Notes: generated from the sequence alone by a model not told the origin. 62,678 nt of DNA, filler included, from 15 parts of 15 records of this genome joined end to end with filler, not necessarily neighbours in it; one strand, 5' to 3'. Shown: positions 14,059 to 28,200, counted from the whole stretch's first letter. Program-made: numbers and translations.

Positions 14059-15663
14059 ATGATGATCTTGTTGATACCAGTACTATTCCCAGTACTAAAC
14101 TTGATGATTTCCTTTATTATACTCATCAATTTTGGTGCATCTTCTGCAATAACAAAGCCTTCACTCTTCATTGCTGGGTTATTCCCATCAATTGATGACA
14201 AAGTTGCTGCTGACATTTTGCCTGCCATGCGCATGGCACTTCAGGATATCAACCAAAATTCTTCAATTTTGCCTCACTATACCTTGAATATTGTGGAAGG
14301 TGAAACTAAGGTAAGAATTAATTGTAATTAATGTTAATTAACAACAACAAAAAAACAAATATAAAATACTATAATAATATATGCAGTATACAGTAATTGA
14401 CTTGTTTGATCCACTGACAACTGTTACCAATGCTAATTTCAAAGATCTTCAATAGACAATAAAATGGCACAAACATGTGGTCAAAATTGCAACAGCATGT
14501 TTAGTAATTGTTAACATTTATTTACAATAGAAATTTATGTAAACAACAAACAAATTTATTTATTGTTATTATTAATAATGGGACTTTATTGTTAAAATTG
14601 AAAAATATTTTCATGTTTAGAAAATGCATAATTGTTTGATAATAATGATACTATTATTACAGTATTTACATCGAAACAATGTTTGTACATTCAATTTATG
14701 CTTTTCATCAACATAAGGGTATATAGGGCTACTCCCTCCACTTTAGTGTGACATGGCAATTGGCTTGAAACAGTTCTTTGACATGATGAATGATACTTCA
14801 CATACTAAATTAATGCTTTTTGGTGATGCATGCATTACTGTTAATGAACCAATTGCAAAGACTTCAATTTGGTGGAACATTACACAGCTCTCCTATGGTG
14901 ATGTTAATCCAGCATTGTCAGATAAGGAAAAATATCCAAATTTCTATAGAGTAATTCCAAGCACCCTCATGTTTAACACAGCAAAGATGAAGCTTCTAGA
15001 AACATATAATTGGAGCAGATTTGGTGTTCTTTATGAGTTAGATTCTCCAGGCTCAGCCATGACTGCTTCAGCATTCTTAAAATTAGCAGAGAATTCTGCT
15101 ATGGAAGTTACTGGTTTTTATGGTTTCTCCAGTTCATCAACAAAAGAAGACTTGGCAAAGTACCTTAAGGCCTTGAAGGTGAGTAATTAGATATCCTTCT
15201 TAATTAATTACTCAAGCTCAAGTAGTCAAGTAATTTAATCATAGGATTTGCTTTGATTTGGCTTATGTTACCAATTTAATTAATATTCTAGGAAAAGAAA
15301 ACCAGGATAATATTAGGATTCTTTAAACCTGTGTATGCTCCCATTATTTTCTGTCAGGTGACTTCACATCTTATTTACTCTTTTATTATTGCTGATAATA
15401 AGTGGACATGATTTTAGGCCTACAGGCATCAGATGTATGGTGCAAAATACCAATGGATTATCGACAATGATTCCATTGGAAATGCAAGGGTTCTCTCATA
15501 TATTTTGGCAAAGCCCCCTTCCAATGGTGGTACTGCCAATAGCAATGGTACTGGGGATAATGAGGAATGCACCAGTGAAGAAGTTGCTCAAGCTGCTTAT
15601 TCACATTTGTCCACAAGCATCCAAGAACATACTAGCTCAAATGATGTCACTGAATCAGGATAT
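14059..15663 (+). CDS. GABA-B receptor R2-like class C GPCR, Venus-flytrap exons
   Basis: Signal peptide; LFIAGLFP, ILPAMRMALQDINQNSSILPHY, CDMAIGLKQFFDMM, LMLFGDAC, TQLSYG, YPNFYRVIPS and MYGAKYQWI; 4 exons. Confidence 0.85.
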
Positions 15664-16996
15664 GTACGTAATTAGTAAATATAATTAGTAAATTAATGTA
15701 TTCATAATATGAATAATATATAACACTGAAACAAAAGAAAACTGAATGTAAGTGATATGATAACGGATAAATGTGGAGACCCTCTGGGAACGGGAACGGG
15801 ATGGAAAACTTTTTCCCTATAGTATAACGTTTGTTTTGCAATCATTTCCCATTCATTGAATTTACCCAAAATCCCAGTTTGGCCATGTGTACATTACAAT
15901 GTGGAATTCCTTTGCAAATTCTGAGGTTTGCAAAGGAGAAACCTATTTGCTTTGCAAAAAGGCGTTTCCTTGCAATTTTGCAATAATGCGTTTTTATTAT
16001 GAATATATGCATAACCATGGATTATGATCACGTGATCAGCCATTGCCTTAAAACCCTGCACTGACTGAGTCCATCAACCTGCCATTCAAAAAGGTGGTGG
16101 GCAATATCATGCAATAAACTATAAACTATGGTATACCATTTGAAACCATTTTAACGTATTTTAACGTAATTTTATTTTTGTAATTTTATAAACTCTTAAT
16201 AATAATAGTAATATTTCAGTAAAACTTGTTTACTTATTACTAATAATAGTTAGTAATTTTATTATAATATTTTTATATATTATGTTTTACAAAATTTATA
16301 GATAATGTGACATTATATTGTATCATTTTCAAAATGTGTTTAAAGTATGAATTATTGTGATTATTATGTACACTCACGTATATGCTTTATTAAATTTTGC
16401 CTTTGGAGTAGGTAATTTTATTTGTTTAAGTAAGAATCTAAATTCTATTTAATGCAATAATAAAATTAAGGTACGTTAGCACCTGCCACTGTTTAATTTA
16501 GTTTGCTGATGATTAATATAATTAGCATTCATTTTATTATTATTATTATTATTATTATTNNNNNNNNNNNNNNNNNNNNNNNNNNNNNNNNNNNNNNNNN
16601 NNNTTAATTAATTAANNNNNNNNNNNNNNNNNNNNNNNNNNNNNNNNNNNNNNNNNNNNTGGTGCGCTTCATTTGCAACAACCGAATATTGACTAATAAG
16701 CATGGAAATTCCATGATGGAATACTATTATAAACACATTAGATGGATATTGCCTGGCTATGTTATTGCTATTTGATAAAAGTAGTTGCAATGGCAGTAAA
16801 AAACTTTTCATCATGACATGTTATTGCTAACTAATGGTGTAATAAATGTGCTAGAAATGCATCATTGATGACTAATTTGTATATTGATTGTCTTGGAATT
16901 TCTTGTGAACATCTATCTATAAATACACTTGTAAACATACATTTCATTTCAAAAACTGCTATTCCTTGTCATACTTACTTCATACTTCATGCTTCA

Positions 16997-17545
16997 ATGA
17001 ATACTTTTGAAGTAATTTCCATAATTTTTGTATTATCAACCATTGCAAATCCACTGGCAGGATTTCATGATGATTTTGAAGAAATCCTGACATCTCAAGA
17101 ATTTATGCGGAAATTCCTGGCTACCAGAGCAATTCCTATGAAGGTTACTGGAACATCACACCCTGACGAAGCTCACTCATGGTTACACATTGATGACCCC
17201 GATATTATTCCTATGCTGAAGATACTTGATGTAGAAAACTCCACAATTGAATGCTTGTCATACCTTGAAGTTATCACGATAGACGAAATTGTGTATGTAC
17301 AAACAAATGGTAGCTGGAAGAAATACCTCGTTACAGATATTCCCGTGAATGGTGATTGCATTAAACCCAAAAAGTTTCATGAGGGTACCACTGGTTATAT
17401 TGCTGCAATTGCCATTTTGGCATCCTTACTTGTATGTACTTCACTTGTGATTGTGAAAATGTATCTGGATAAGAAAAATTCCACAACCAGCCTGACTGAC
17501 ATAGAATCTGGGACCTCTTCAGAATCCTCAAATTGTCTTTCGTGA
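16997..17545 (+). CDS. Unknown single-pass membrane protein (about 182 aa, intronless)
   Basis: ATG at 16997 followed by a signal-peptide-like stretch, two ectodomain Cys, TM YIAAIAILASLLVCTSLVIV and a Ser-rich tail. Confidence 0.55.
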   Translation: MNTFEVISIIFVLSTIANPLAGFHDDFEEILTSQEFMRKFLATRAIPMKVTGTSHPDEAHSWLHIDDPDIIPMLKILDVENSTIECLSYLEVITIDEIVYVQTNGSWKKYLVTDIPVNGDCIKPKKFHEGTTGYIAAIAILASLLVCTSLVIVKMYLDKKNSTTSLTDIESGTSSESSNCLS

Positions 17546-18381
17546 TAAAAATCACTTGTCGATATTATCTTCATTCTATTCAGTGATATTATATTATATA
17601 CCGCATACGTTATTCATTGTACTTTTATTAATAATAATTTTTTACCAATTTATTTGATATTACTTTTTTATAATATAATCATAATAATCTATAAGATATG
17701 TAATCAGCAAGCCACTTTGTTATTAACAACTAATTATTATAATAATTACAATACCTAATTATTATAACACCTAACAAGCTATAAACATGTACGCTCCGTA
17801 GAGTACTGCGCATGTATGTTATCACGATGTTTTTGAATAATTTTTTTATAAAATGTTTACACATTTACTACTTTGGAATTTCTCGCAATATGTGGAAATT
17901 CTGCCAAATTTCTTTTCTTTTGTCTAATGCAAATTTTGAATTGCTTATCACTTGTTAGATTTGTAAGGCAGAAGTCATTGATATCATTATTAGTAATACA
18001 TTGTAAGAACTTCTAAATTGAATTTCTTATTCATAATAAAACTTTTTGCAGATTTTCTGGTTTCAAAACGTAAACAAACGTACAAAAGTTATGTTTATTT
18101 ACACATTAAGTTATCAGGATACAGAACAACACCACCTCGGCGCTGTTAGTAAGAATATCAAAATATTATTATTAATATTCATTATTAACGAAAATTCACA
18201 AATATTATTATAATATTAATAATAACAGCATTAATTAATATGCATAATGAATCATTAATAATTAATTATGATAATCAACATTCAAACAATATTTGAGTAA
18301 TAAAAGTAATACTAGAAATAAAAAATTTCCAAATCAGTCACAAAATGACATCTCGGCAAATTATACCTAATTAATAAAGTA

Positions 18382-19187
18382 TTAGTAGTCGAAAGCAAAT
18401 TGCTTTCCAGATATAATTTTCCTACAAATTGGACATTTATCAAGTAAAATAGCACATGACCCACAACAAACCAAGTGCATGCAGGGGTGAAGGAGAACTT
18501 CACTGTAATTTGTTAGACATACTTTACATTTCGGCATGTCTTCGGAATCATCTTCAAGAGGATCTTTCTCACCTGGAATTACATCTAATACTTTGCCGTT
18601 TAATATTTTTTGGATTAAGGTGTTTCCAATTGTAAGTTGTAAGTGCTGACATTCAGGCTTGCGTAGAGTGTGTTCTACAAAAGGGTCATCGTCGTTCCAC
18701 ATGTTCTTCAAACCCAAACGGCAAGCGTAACATCGTATTTTGTTGTAGCCTAAATACAAATTTAGTAATTACAAATTAATAATGTATAATTTTGAAAGAC
18801 TATTGTCTTACCGACACAATAGAATCCACATTTTGCCATGTTTTCAGGTGACAGTTTGGGTGACGTTTTGTTGACCCAATTTCCATTTCTAAAAGTGTCA
18901 GCCCTCATATCAACATCTGCCATATCCAATTTGGATACAGAGTTTTTTACAACATTAACTTTTGTGTATTGAACAGTTTCGGATGAACATGCTTCTGATT
19001 TCTCACTATTAGAGCTGGTAGTAGAATTTACAAGTTTGGCTTCAAATTTACAAGGTTTGCTATAATAATTAGGACCAAAATAGCTGAAATTGGTAGACAT
19101 TGAGGAGCAATGATTATAGTCAGTCTTTTTTACTGAATAAGGTTCAGTTCTGTTGTCTGAATTGGTTGTATTCAATAAATTAACCAT
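18382..19187 (-). CDS. Inhibitor of apoptosis (one BIR plus C-terminal RING)
   Basis: RADTF..W...MAKCGFY..G...IRCYAC...W..DDPFVEH....PEC, then RING CKVC..LHPCMHLVCCGSC..CPICR; GT-AG intron 18750-18811. Confidence 0.92.
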
Positions 19188-19271
19188 AATTGCGATTTCC
19201 AATGTATTGGTTGGTTATCATGACATGATAAAAAAACATTTTGAGGAAACCGTTTTGACTATAATAATAAG

Positions 19272-19520
19272 CAGCCCTCAGGGCTGAGCCCTGATTACGA
19301 ATTTCTAGAAAGGTGCGTCATCTCCCTGGGCAACCATATAATAATTATATGATGACGTCAGCAGAAATTCGCTTAGATATTCAAGACAGCGAGAAAATCG
19401 ATGAATTGTTTGAATTTCAGGCTACCTATCTGTTGTATTATATTATAATGTTGTTATTATTAGTGACGTCATAACTAGAAATTCTATGCCTATAGGTTAG
19501 AACTATTAGAATTTCTAGCC
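19272..19520. promoter_or_regulatory. Putative IAP promoter motif cluster
   Basis: TGACGTCA at 19353 and 19464, inverted repeat CAGCCCTCAGGGCTG at 19272 and five GAAWTTC motifs, all just upstream of the IAP start. Confidence 0.4.
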
Positions 19521-22500
19521 TTGTAGCGGTGCTATGGAAACGGTCAATAATAGACATAGTAATAGAATAGGTATGAAGTGACAATTATGTATTTTAAATT
19601 TTAAAATATGGGATGATACAAAAGCGAAAGTTGTGAAAAATTTAATGAAATGAATTGATTTCATCCAGTAAATTTTAAGTGGTATTTCTGTTACTGACAT
19701 TATTATTATTAATAATAAAATTGCCTGTGTAATTCAGTGTCTTGTAAAGACCAACTTTACCTATTCTATTACAATGTATTGATGGTATAATATTTTCATC
19801 CGAAATTGTTGAAGTCTTATTCGAAATCAAAATCCCTACGAAAATAGCTCTGTGAAAAATTTGGTACCTACTTATATTTAAATCGAGAGGATTATTTCTA
19901 TACCTTTCTTTGACAGACGATGAGTCATTCTTTGTTACACGTGGCTTTGTTTACTATTAGAACATTTGGAACTTGGAACGTTGCCAATTACCGTAATGTG
20001 AGATTTAATTGATTAAAACCGGTCTCTCTCCTTATTTATTAAATGCATTTATTATTACTATTAATAATAATGTATTTTTTGAAAAATAAATACAAAATAA
20101 TAACACATTTTTCGAAATATAAGTACAAAAATAATATATTATTACTATAATAAGTAATACTCCTTCCTACTAGTCAAAAACACCATTCCGAATACAGTCT
20201 ACGAGCCAAAAAAATCAGTAGAAAAATATCTAAGGTAAAAATATCTAACATAGGAATTCTTATGTAATGAGGCCTATAGCGTAAAAAAACGAGTGCATAT
20301 GCTATGTAACATCACCCATGTAAAAACTCATGTAAAAAAACTAGTGCCTATGTAACATACTACGATAGTATTATAATAAACACATTTATAATATGTATTT
20401 TAATATTATAACAACATTTATTGCAATATGAGTAATATTATTATTTATTATTATTATTATTACATAATAAGTTATATTATTATATAACGTATTATGTAAT
20501 AATAAATAACAATTTCACTAGTAGTGAACTGTAGTACTCGAACTGCAGTCTTACTAAACATAGTTATTATAAATAAATTATTAGAACAAGACAAGTACCA
20601 TGAAAAAATATTACACCACTGTTCTTTTCTGTAAACTCTTCTCAGCATTGATCTTGGTTTTGGCTAGACTCAAGTTCAGGATGAAGATTAATCGTAGGAA
20701 ATTCCGAAGCATCATGTTTTTGTTGTACATTCTCACTTTGGACGTCTGGAACATAAGAAGTTGTTTCATCTTCTTCAGGTGTGCTTGGGTGAAGATTCAC
20801 AAATGCAATATTTTCTTCAGCGATAAGTTCAGGCTCGGAGTTTTCACTTACTTCAATGCTTAGCTGATGATTACTGCTTGTTAATAATACAGATTGTGCC
20901 AAAGATAAATTGCTCATTGGCAGATTAATAAAGGAAAACTAATCGTCTTACATTACTAATGGGTAGTAATGAATACAAATATAAATAAAGGGGGAATTTA
21001 CAACATTTCTTATATATCAGTCTGTTGCTACAACTGTATTCTTCCATGGAAATTTCCTATCATGCTTTTTGTAGTATCCCACACCTGGCTGCGAGCCAAG
21101 TACCTACACATTTTTCACTGTACGCATTCTTTACTACCATACCCCTACCCTTTCATAGTAAATGACTATGAGTCATTACTATAGTCTCATAACATATTTC
21201 ATATTACTCATTCAATCAATGAGTTGGCTCCTTGCCAAAAATTATTAGATCAATATGCATGGATAAAACCCATTGGATAGGTGTTGCTCATTTATAACAA
21301 TACATATTGATAGCATAATATAAAGGTTATATGTTTTCGCCATGTCAAGTTCCAATCGTTTATTTCCATTCAGTATGGAAATTTCCAAGCAAGCTGAACA
21401 CTTTCACTGAATATGCTCTTACACTCTTTATTATGCTTGCAATTGATTTTCTTCTGTTCATCATGATGCAAAAGGATCTAATCCAAAAGAAAACATCAAT
21501 TATTATTAATAACCTAAATTAGTACATAACTTTAATAAGATGATACATTATTATTAATTAATTGTTTGCTGCAGGTAAATTACTGGTAATTATATAGCCT
21601 ACAATTATTAAGAAATTTTGCTGAACATAACAATTAGATTTAATAATCATTACAAATGATATTAACAGTATATACTAATAATAATTAGTTACAAACAAAT
21701 ATCTAACAGTAATAGATGTTATAATAAATAATAGTATAATACTAAATGTTAATAAATATTTAATTGTTACTATACCATGGTAAATATTTAATTGTTACTA
21801 TGCCATTGCAATAAGGTATTTTTAGAGTAATGCAGCAATNNNNNNNNNNNNNNNNNNNNNNNNNNNNNNNNNNNNNNNNNNNNTTAATTAATTAANNNNN
21901 NNNNNNNNNNNNNNNNNNNNNNNNNNNNNNNNNNNNNNNCAAGTTTTACATGATATAGTAAGAATATCTTTAAATGATAACATCTTTTAGCATATATTTA
22001 TAAAAATTTAAATTAAATGATGTCAACTTAATAAAAATAGATCTATTATTATAAAATTTTTAGAGCAAAAAACATTTAAATAAAAATAAATTTTTAGAGC
22101 ATATAATATAAAAATTTTTAAATGTTTAATTTTTCTATGAGAATTTGCATGTTAAATCAGACATATTATTTTTTGATTACATATAAAATAGAAAAATGTT
22201 ATAGCTATAATGGATTTTTTGACTATATCTTATTAAGAACTTGGAACTAGCAATTTATAAACTTTTATATTTCAGTAAACATCTTATGTAATAATATGCA
22301 AGTGCTGTAATAAGCATACCAACTTGGGAAAAATAGGTCTATAGTAACAACTAAGTTAAATGTTTGTTAAAAGAGCTTTGCTTGCAACAATTGCAAGCAA
22401 TAGCTTTGTCTAAAAGTGATTTGCTTGTAATATATTACAAGGAATAATATTTCTATAACTTTGTTATAGTAAGACAATGACAAAGTTATTGAATAGAAAC

Positions 22501-22619
22501 TAAAGTAAACTAAGGTAGACTAAAAATAGCTACAAATTATATAAAAATAACATAAAAACAGCCTTTATGTTATTTAGATACTGTTTTTTCTCCAAAATAA
22601 GTATTGTTTGGCAAGAAAA

Positions 22620-23975
22620 TATAGCTAAAAACCTCTCTTTTCTTATTAATGGTTATCTTTTCCATAAGAAAGACAAAAGGGGTAATGTTTTTTCAATACA
22701 GATGCTCTGTTTATGAATGTATAGCAAATTTATTAAATAATACTGAATACTGAATTAATAAAACCACTAACATATAAATTTAAGCATGAAATAAATGAAA
22801 AGCTATTTTAAAACAAATTAATTATTAATTGATTTTAAGTGCAATTAAAAATGCATTTGAAACTCCAGTTGGCAAAGTAATTTTTAATAAAAGGATTGAA
22901 ATTATGTTAACTTTAAAAGATAGTTCTAAACATGAAAAAATTCAAAAATGTCTAAATTTTGAGAATAATGTTAATAACATTAAAATTGGGCAAAGAATTA
23001 AATTAAAGTTAATTTCATTTATTGACAAAAGTCTGGAAAAGATTGTTATTACCAACAAATATAAACACACTTTGGATGATAATGATTTTTTGCTTAATAA
23101 TATTACTGAAAATGGTAATAGAGTGATAGTTTTTGCAACAGTGGAAGCTTTAAGATTGTTATGTTTGATATTTTATTGAATAGTGGATAATATTTTTAAA
23201 TTATGTCTAAAATATTTTTATCAAATTTTCACAGTTTATGCAAAAGTTCATGGAGAAACAATGTCATTAGTTTATGATATTTTAACATCTAAAAAGCAAA
23301 CCTACTATGAAGTGTTTTAAAAAATTATTTTTAATAAACTGAATAAAGTAAAGATAATTTTACCTCAAAATTATACTAATTATTATTTAGATTTTAAACA
23401 AGCTATCATAAACAGTATCAAATCAGTTGTTAAAAGTTTATTTTATCAACTAATATTTTTTTATTTAATTTTCACTTTTAAAAAAATATTTTAAAAGGTT
23501 GGTTTGATAAGATACTATCATCTACATTATTATAAAAAATGGTTTAGATGGCTTTTATCAATGGTATTTTTACTACCTATTTATGTTTATGAAGCTTTTG
23601 ATATTTGAAAGTTTAGAAAGTCTAGTAAGCTTCCATAAGCAGCTTTTAATAAACTAATGGATTTTTTTAAGAAGAATTATTGTTGTCAAGCTGCTAAATA
23701 TCATCCAACTTATTGATGTCATTGGTTCAATGATGGATCAAGAACAATCAATAATTGTGAAGAATGAGATGCTGCCTTAAATAGAGTATCAAATTCTCAT
23801 CCAAACATATATAAAAAATTATATTTAATTTAAAAGAATCAGACAGATATGAAATTCAATATTTGGCAATTGGCAGCTAATGTTAGAAAATGATCATCAT
23901 TCAGATCTAAATATATTGTAAATAATAAAAGAATTTTTGATATCCAATTCTTATTTTTTATAACTAGAAATGTTA
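22620..23975 (+). mobile_element. Decayed Mutator-like (MULE) transposase with FLYWCH-like N-terminus
   Basis: INGYLFHK..YRC...C; IVFAT..L..L; *IVDNIFKLCL.YFYQIFTVY (consensus WxxDGTFKxxPxxFYQLYTIH); DFKQA; RTINNCEE*; HPNIY; many stops. Confidence 0.85.
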
Positions 23976-24115
23976 AGGCATTCTTGTAAAAACTATAATA
24001 TGTCCTTTATGACTATAATACTGATTTAGCTTGAAGATTATTAATTTATTTAAATTCAATTTAGTGTCAACTCTCAAATATCTATGATGCTTTGGTAGGT
24101 ATTGCAAATCATGTA

Positions 24116-24268
24116 ACATTACAAGGTTAACAAGGTAATATAACTCATTCTGAAGCCAAATAATATTACATTGCAAGGTTAATAAGATAACATAGCTTGT
24201 TTTGAAGCCAAATGATATGACATTACAAGATCAACAAAATAATATAGCTCATTTTGAAGTAAAAAGAC
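24116..24268. repeat. Degenerate 52-bp tandem repeat, 3 copies
   Basis: Units start at 24116, 24168 and 24220 (ACATTRCAAG...TGAAG). Confidence 0.85.
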
Positions 24269-24289
24269 TTGCAAAAAGCTTTTTCTTAT

Positions 24290-24716
24290 AAATTTCATAT
24301 CTTAGTTATAATTTGGCATAATATTTTGGTTAAAGTTACAAGTAACTTCATTAACATTAACAGTTACTACTTACAAAAGAAATCTTTTGATATGTCTATC
24401 TCTTGATAACTTAGAACTGAATAAAAGTTTTCTTAGTAAGATATAATGATGATTTTTGTGTCAATTTTACATAAGATAGATATCATTGCAGAAGAATTAA
24501 ACTTGAATGTTGGTTTCTAAACTGAGAAAAGGCTAAGAATTAGATATAAATTAAGATAATTTGACTATGAAAGTTATGATAAACCTATAGAGGATCTAAC
24601 TGCCAACTTCAAAGTTTTATTTTACTTTACTTTGTTAGATACTGCTATCTAGTTCATTAATGAAAGATTTGTGCACTTAAAGAAGCATTACAATATCTTT
24701 GGATTTGTTTATACTT
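24290..24716 (+). mobile_element. Decayed hAT transposase fragment
   Basis: IWHNIL, IAEELNL..GF, R*FDYESYDKP and FK..FYF.LLDTAI*.INERF..LK.H...FGF resemble the hAT C-terminal region. Confidence 0.7.
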
Positions 24717-25249
24717 AAATGCTACATAGTAATTACATTGTGAAACTTATTAACTTAATATAGGTAATATTATATTGTACTACATATTATAAATTTAAAA
24801 TTGGACTTTAAAAATTTTGCAAAGTTTAATTTTACATATATAATACATAGCATAATTTTTAAGTATTCACTTAGGGTATCAAAATTCCTTACACTAGCCC
24901 TAATTGAATTTTAAACATTTTTTTACTATTTTTACTCTAAATCTTAATTAAATTTATAAATGTAATCTATTTGATTATATTTTAATTTTTATTTTTTATT
25001 TATTTATGCCAATGGATTTTGTTATAAATATTAGCTAATATAACCTAAGAAAGTATTTCAGAGTAAATCCTTATATGGGCAATTCCACTGTTACGTACGT
25101 AACACTTTTACTCATTTTTTCTTATTCTAGTCATGATTATTATCATCTANNNNNNNNNNNNNNNNNNNNNNNNNNNNNNNNNNNNNNNNNNNNTTAATTA
25201 ATTAANNNNNNNNNNNNNNNNNNNNNNNNNNNNNNNNNNNNNNNNNNNN

Positions 25250-28200
25250 ACGAATTTCCTTTTCCATTTTTAACATGTACCTAATTTTGTATTTAAAGGT
25301 CATTTGATAATGATCGCTGTATTCTACGAATTTTGTTAAAATTTTGAAAGCCCTACTGTATTTCTGATTGATTATTATCCAATCTATCGAACATGATCCC
25401 GGTCTGGTACTTAGAGGAGATTTGTTGACCAATGCTGCACTATTCATAGCTGACATCAGGCCAGCACTTTCTTGTCCATGACTATCGGAGTTAAAGTCTC
25501 CTAAAATTAAATGTATTTCTACATTTTTCAATATACAAATGTTATGTAATTCTTGCCATACTGGTAAAACTTCTTCTTGTTTGGTTTTTGGTTTTACATA
25601 CCAACAAGAAACGCAAATTGCTTTTGTTCTAACAGTTAGCATTTGGATCTTTGCATCTGAATAATTGTGTATCATCTCGATTGTTCCTAGATTCTTTCTA
25701 ATTAAAATCATCACGCCCCCATGTGCATCATCTGGTCTGGAACACATTTTGTTGTCATGAGTTGTAAATTGATTGTTATCAGTTGGTCTGGTCCAAGTTT
25801 CTGTAAGGAAAATGATATCATTTGCATTCATTAGATCATGAACGTCTGCCGTTTTTTTCTTCAATGATCTAATATTAGCATAGGCACAATTAAGAACTTT
25901 GCCTTGCGGTTTAGTACCACTGTGTACTGGATACGCCAGTATATTTCGTTTAAACTCACTGCTAGATAAGCTAGTCAACATAAGTATTTTACTGTTGAAT
26001 AAATTTGCATGCAATGCTGTTTCAATAAGGTCACGTGACCTTGGCAGATTCTGATAAATTTTACAATCATACCCTATTGGGTATTGCGCGAAGTTCGAGT
26101 AAACATACAAAAAATTTATTTCAAAATTTAGCATTAGATAATCAAATTCAATTACATTTCGAATTCCTTTGCAGAAATTGTCATTCATAAATTTAAACTT
26201 GAATAATAATAATGCTTGCCTATTGCAATTAGTATTATCGTAATAAAATTTCAAAAAAAAACAAAAATTAAACACAATATGTATTGGAGAAACGGCTTTG
26301 CAAATCAATGAGAGAACAGGTTCTTTTGTTCGCCACTTCAGTGATATCTTTTGCGTCTTGCCACTGAAAGTAAATTTTGTTATATGCAAAGTTTTATACA
26401 AAATTTGTAATAAATTACCTTGAACTTTGCGATCAGTCACTCCTCTTTTCCTTATTTCTTGTTGTCGGATTTCTTCCTTCAATCTTTCATTCTCTTGGAT
26501 CAATAGCGATTTAATCGCATTCCAACTGTGGTTATTGATCAGTAGAAATGCATTACAGTTAAATGGTGCATTTATCAAGTACCTAAGTTTCCCAACTTTG
26601 CCGGGCAAACTTTCATTTAGCTTTCAGTCCATGTCATTGATGGTAGCAATATTTTCGCTTTTGAAAATATCCAAGTAGACAACTCTACCATTTAGCTTTG
26701 GTCTTTTGCTGATTTCTTTCAGGGTGTCATTGGCCGTACTGTATTTGAAATTATCTCCTGAAGGAGAGACCCAACCTGCCATCAAGTAACATTTGATCTT
26801 CAAGGTACTATTTCGGTCTAGGAAAATTTCGAAAGCTTTTCCAACCAGTTCAGCGATTTCGATCTTTAGCTCGTTCAGATCCAAAAATAACGTCAGTGGC
26901 ATGAAGAAGATGATGGCTCTCAATTTTGATCCAGTTACATTTAGGTTGGATAATAGCAGGTAGAGACCATGCCAGTCTATCAGGTCTCGATGAATGATAG
27001 AAATTTCTTGGAGAAAGCTGTTGGACAAGGTGTTGTTTGCTTTTCTGCTCAAATGCCAAATGTCGGTGACAATTAGGTACGTCTTGTCCCGTTGGATGAG
27101 AAAATCAGACAAGACGGACGGATGCCATCTGTCCTCCTCTTCCTCATCTGAGGTCAAGACCTCCCAAGGCATGTCACCGAACCTACTGTTGGTATTGCTC
27201 CATACTTCGAACTTTTTCGGATTCTTGCTTTGCTGCATCAGCATGTAGAACGTTTTTTCAAATTGTCTTCTTTTTTCTGTTTACTTGTCATCGAGACCAA
27301 GTAAAGATCTTCTCAAGACATCTTCTTTCACGTGAGAAACCAATTTCGCAGCATTCGATTTCGCTTTCAGAAGCAGATACACAGACAGTTCACCACTTTC
27401 GAATTTCTCTTCATAATTTTTCATTGTATATTCATTCAGCACCTTATTTTTCGACAATTCAGTAAATAACGAAGTCATGCCCATTTTGGTTATGAAATAC
27501 GCCAAGATGTTGGTGTTCTTTTGTAAAAAGACAACTGTTTTACCAAGCCCAATAACTTGCCCTTTAGCAAACTTCTGCTTTTTATCTTCTTCTGTCAGTT
27601 GATTTTCGAAGCTATTGAGTAATTCACCTTCTTCGAGACTTAACCGTTTTGCAACTTCTGACAATCGTGCCTTTTTTGGTGGATCACTAGTGAATGTACA
27701 TTCGCTAATTAATGCAAAATTATTATTAGAATTATTGTTACCTTTCCATAGCACTTGTTGGTATGATGAGATTTCCAAATTCGTCCATTTTTTCGCTTTT
27801 TCCGTTGATCTGGTCACTGATACTGATTTGTGCTGTATAATGCTGTAGTATTTATACACTAACGAAGTGGTTATGAAAAAACCTGTTCTCCCCGCGATTT
27901 GCAAGTCTGGTACGTGTACAATTTCAAGTTTTATGCACTGAAACGAAGTTTGATTATCAATAATAATTGATAAATTGACTAACCTGTTTTTCTCAGCCCA
28001 CAAGCGCATTCTCTACCTCAAAAATTCTATGTATTCGTGGTTGATGTACGGAATACGAATTTAATTCTTCAGATCGGTAATTTCACCATTTGTTAATTCT
28101 CTTTGTGGAAAGAGCTTATCCATTTGGAGCAACACAAATCTTGTTAAGTTCTCTTCTCTTTCTTGCCATCCATAGGTAACTTCGTACCAGGTTATAACAT

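Noticed and set aside
15191-15200. ATATCCTT as a U12-type donor
   Set aside because: It lies inside an intron already opened by GTGAGT at 15179, which gives the correct frame.
20642-21480. Acidic 91-aa ORF and upstream LGNFH motif as a transposase relic
   Set aside because: Many stops and too little motif support to name a family.
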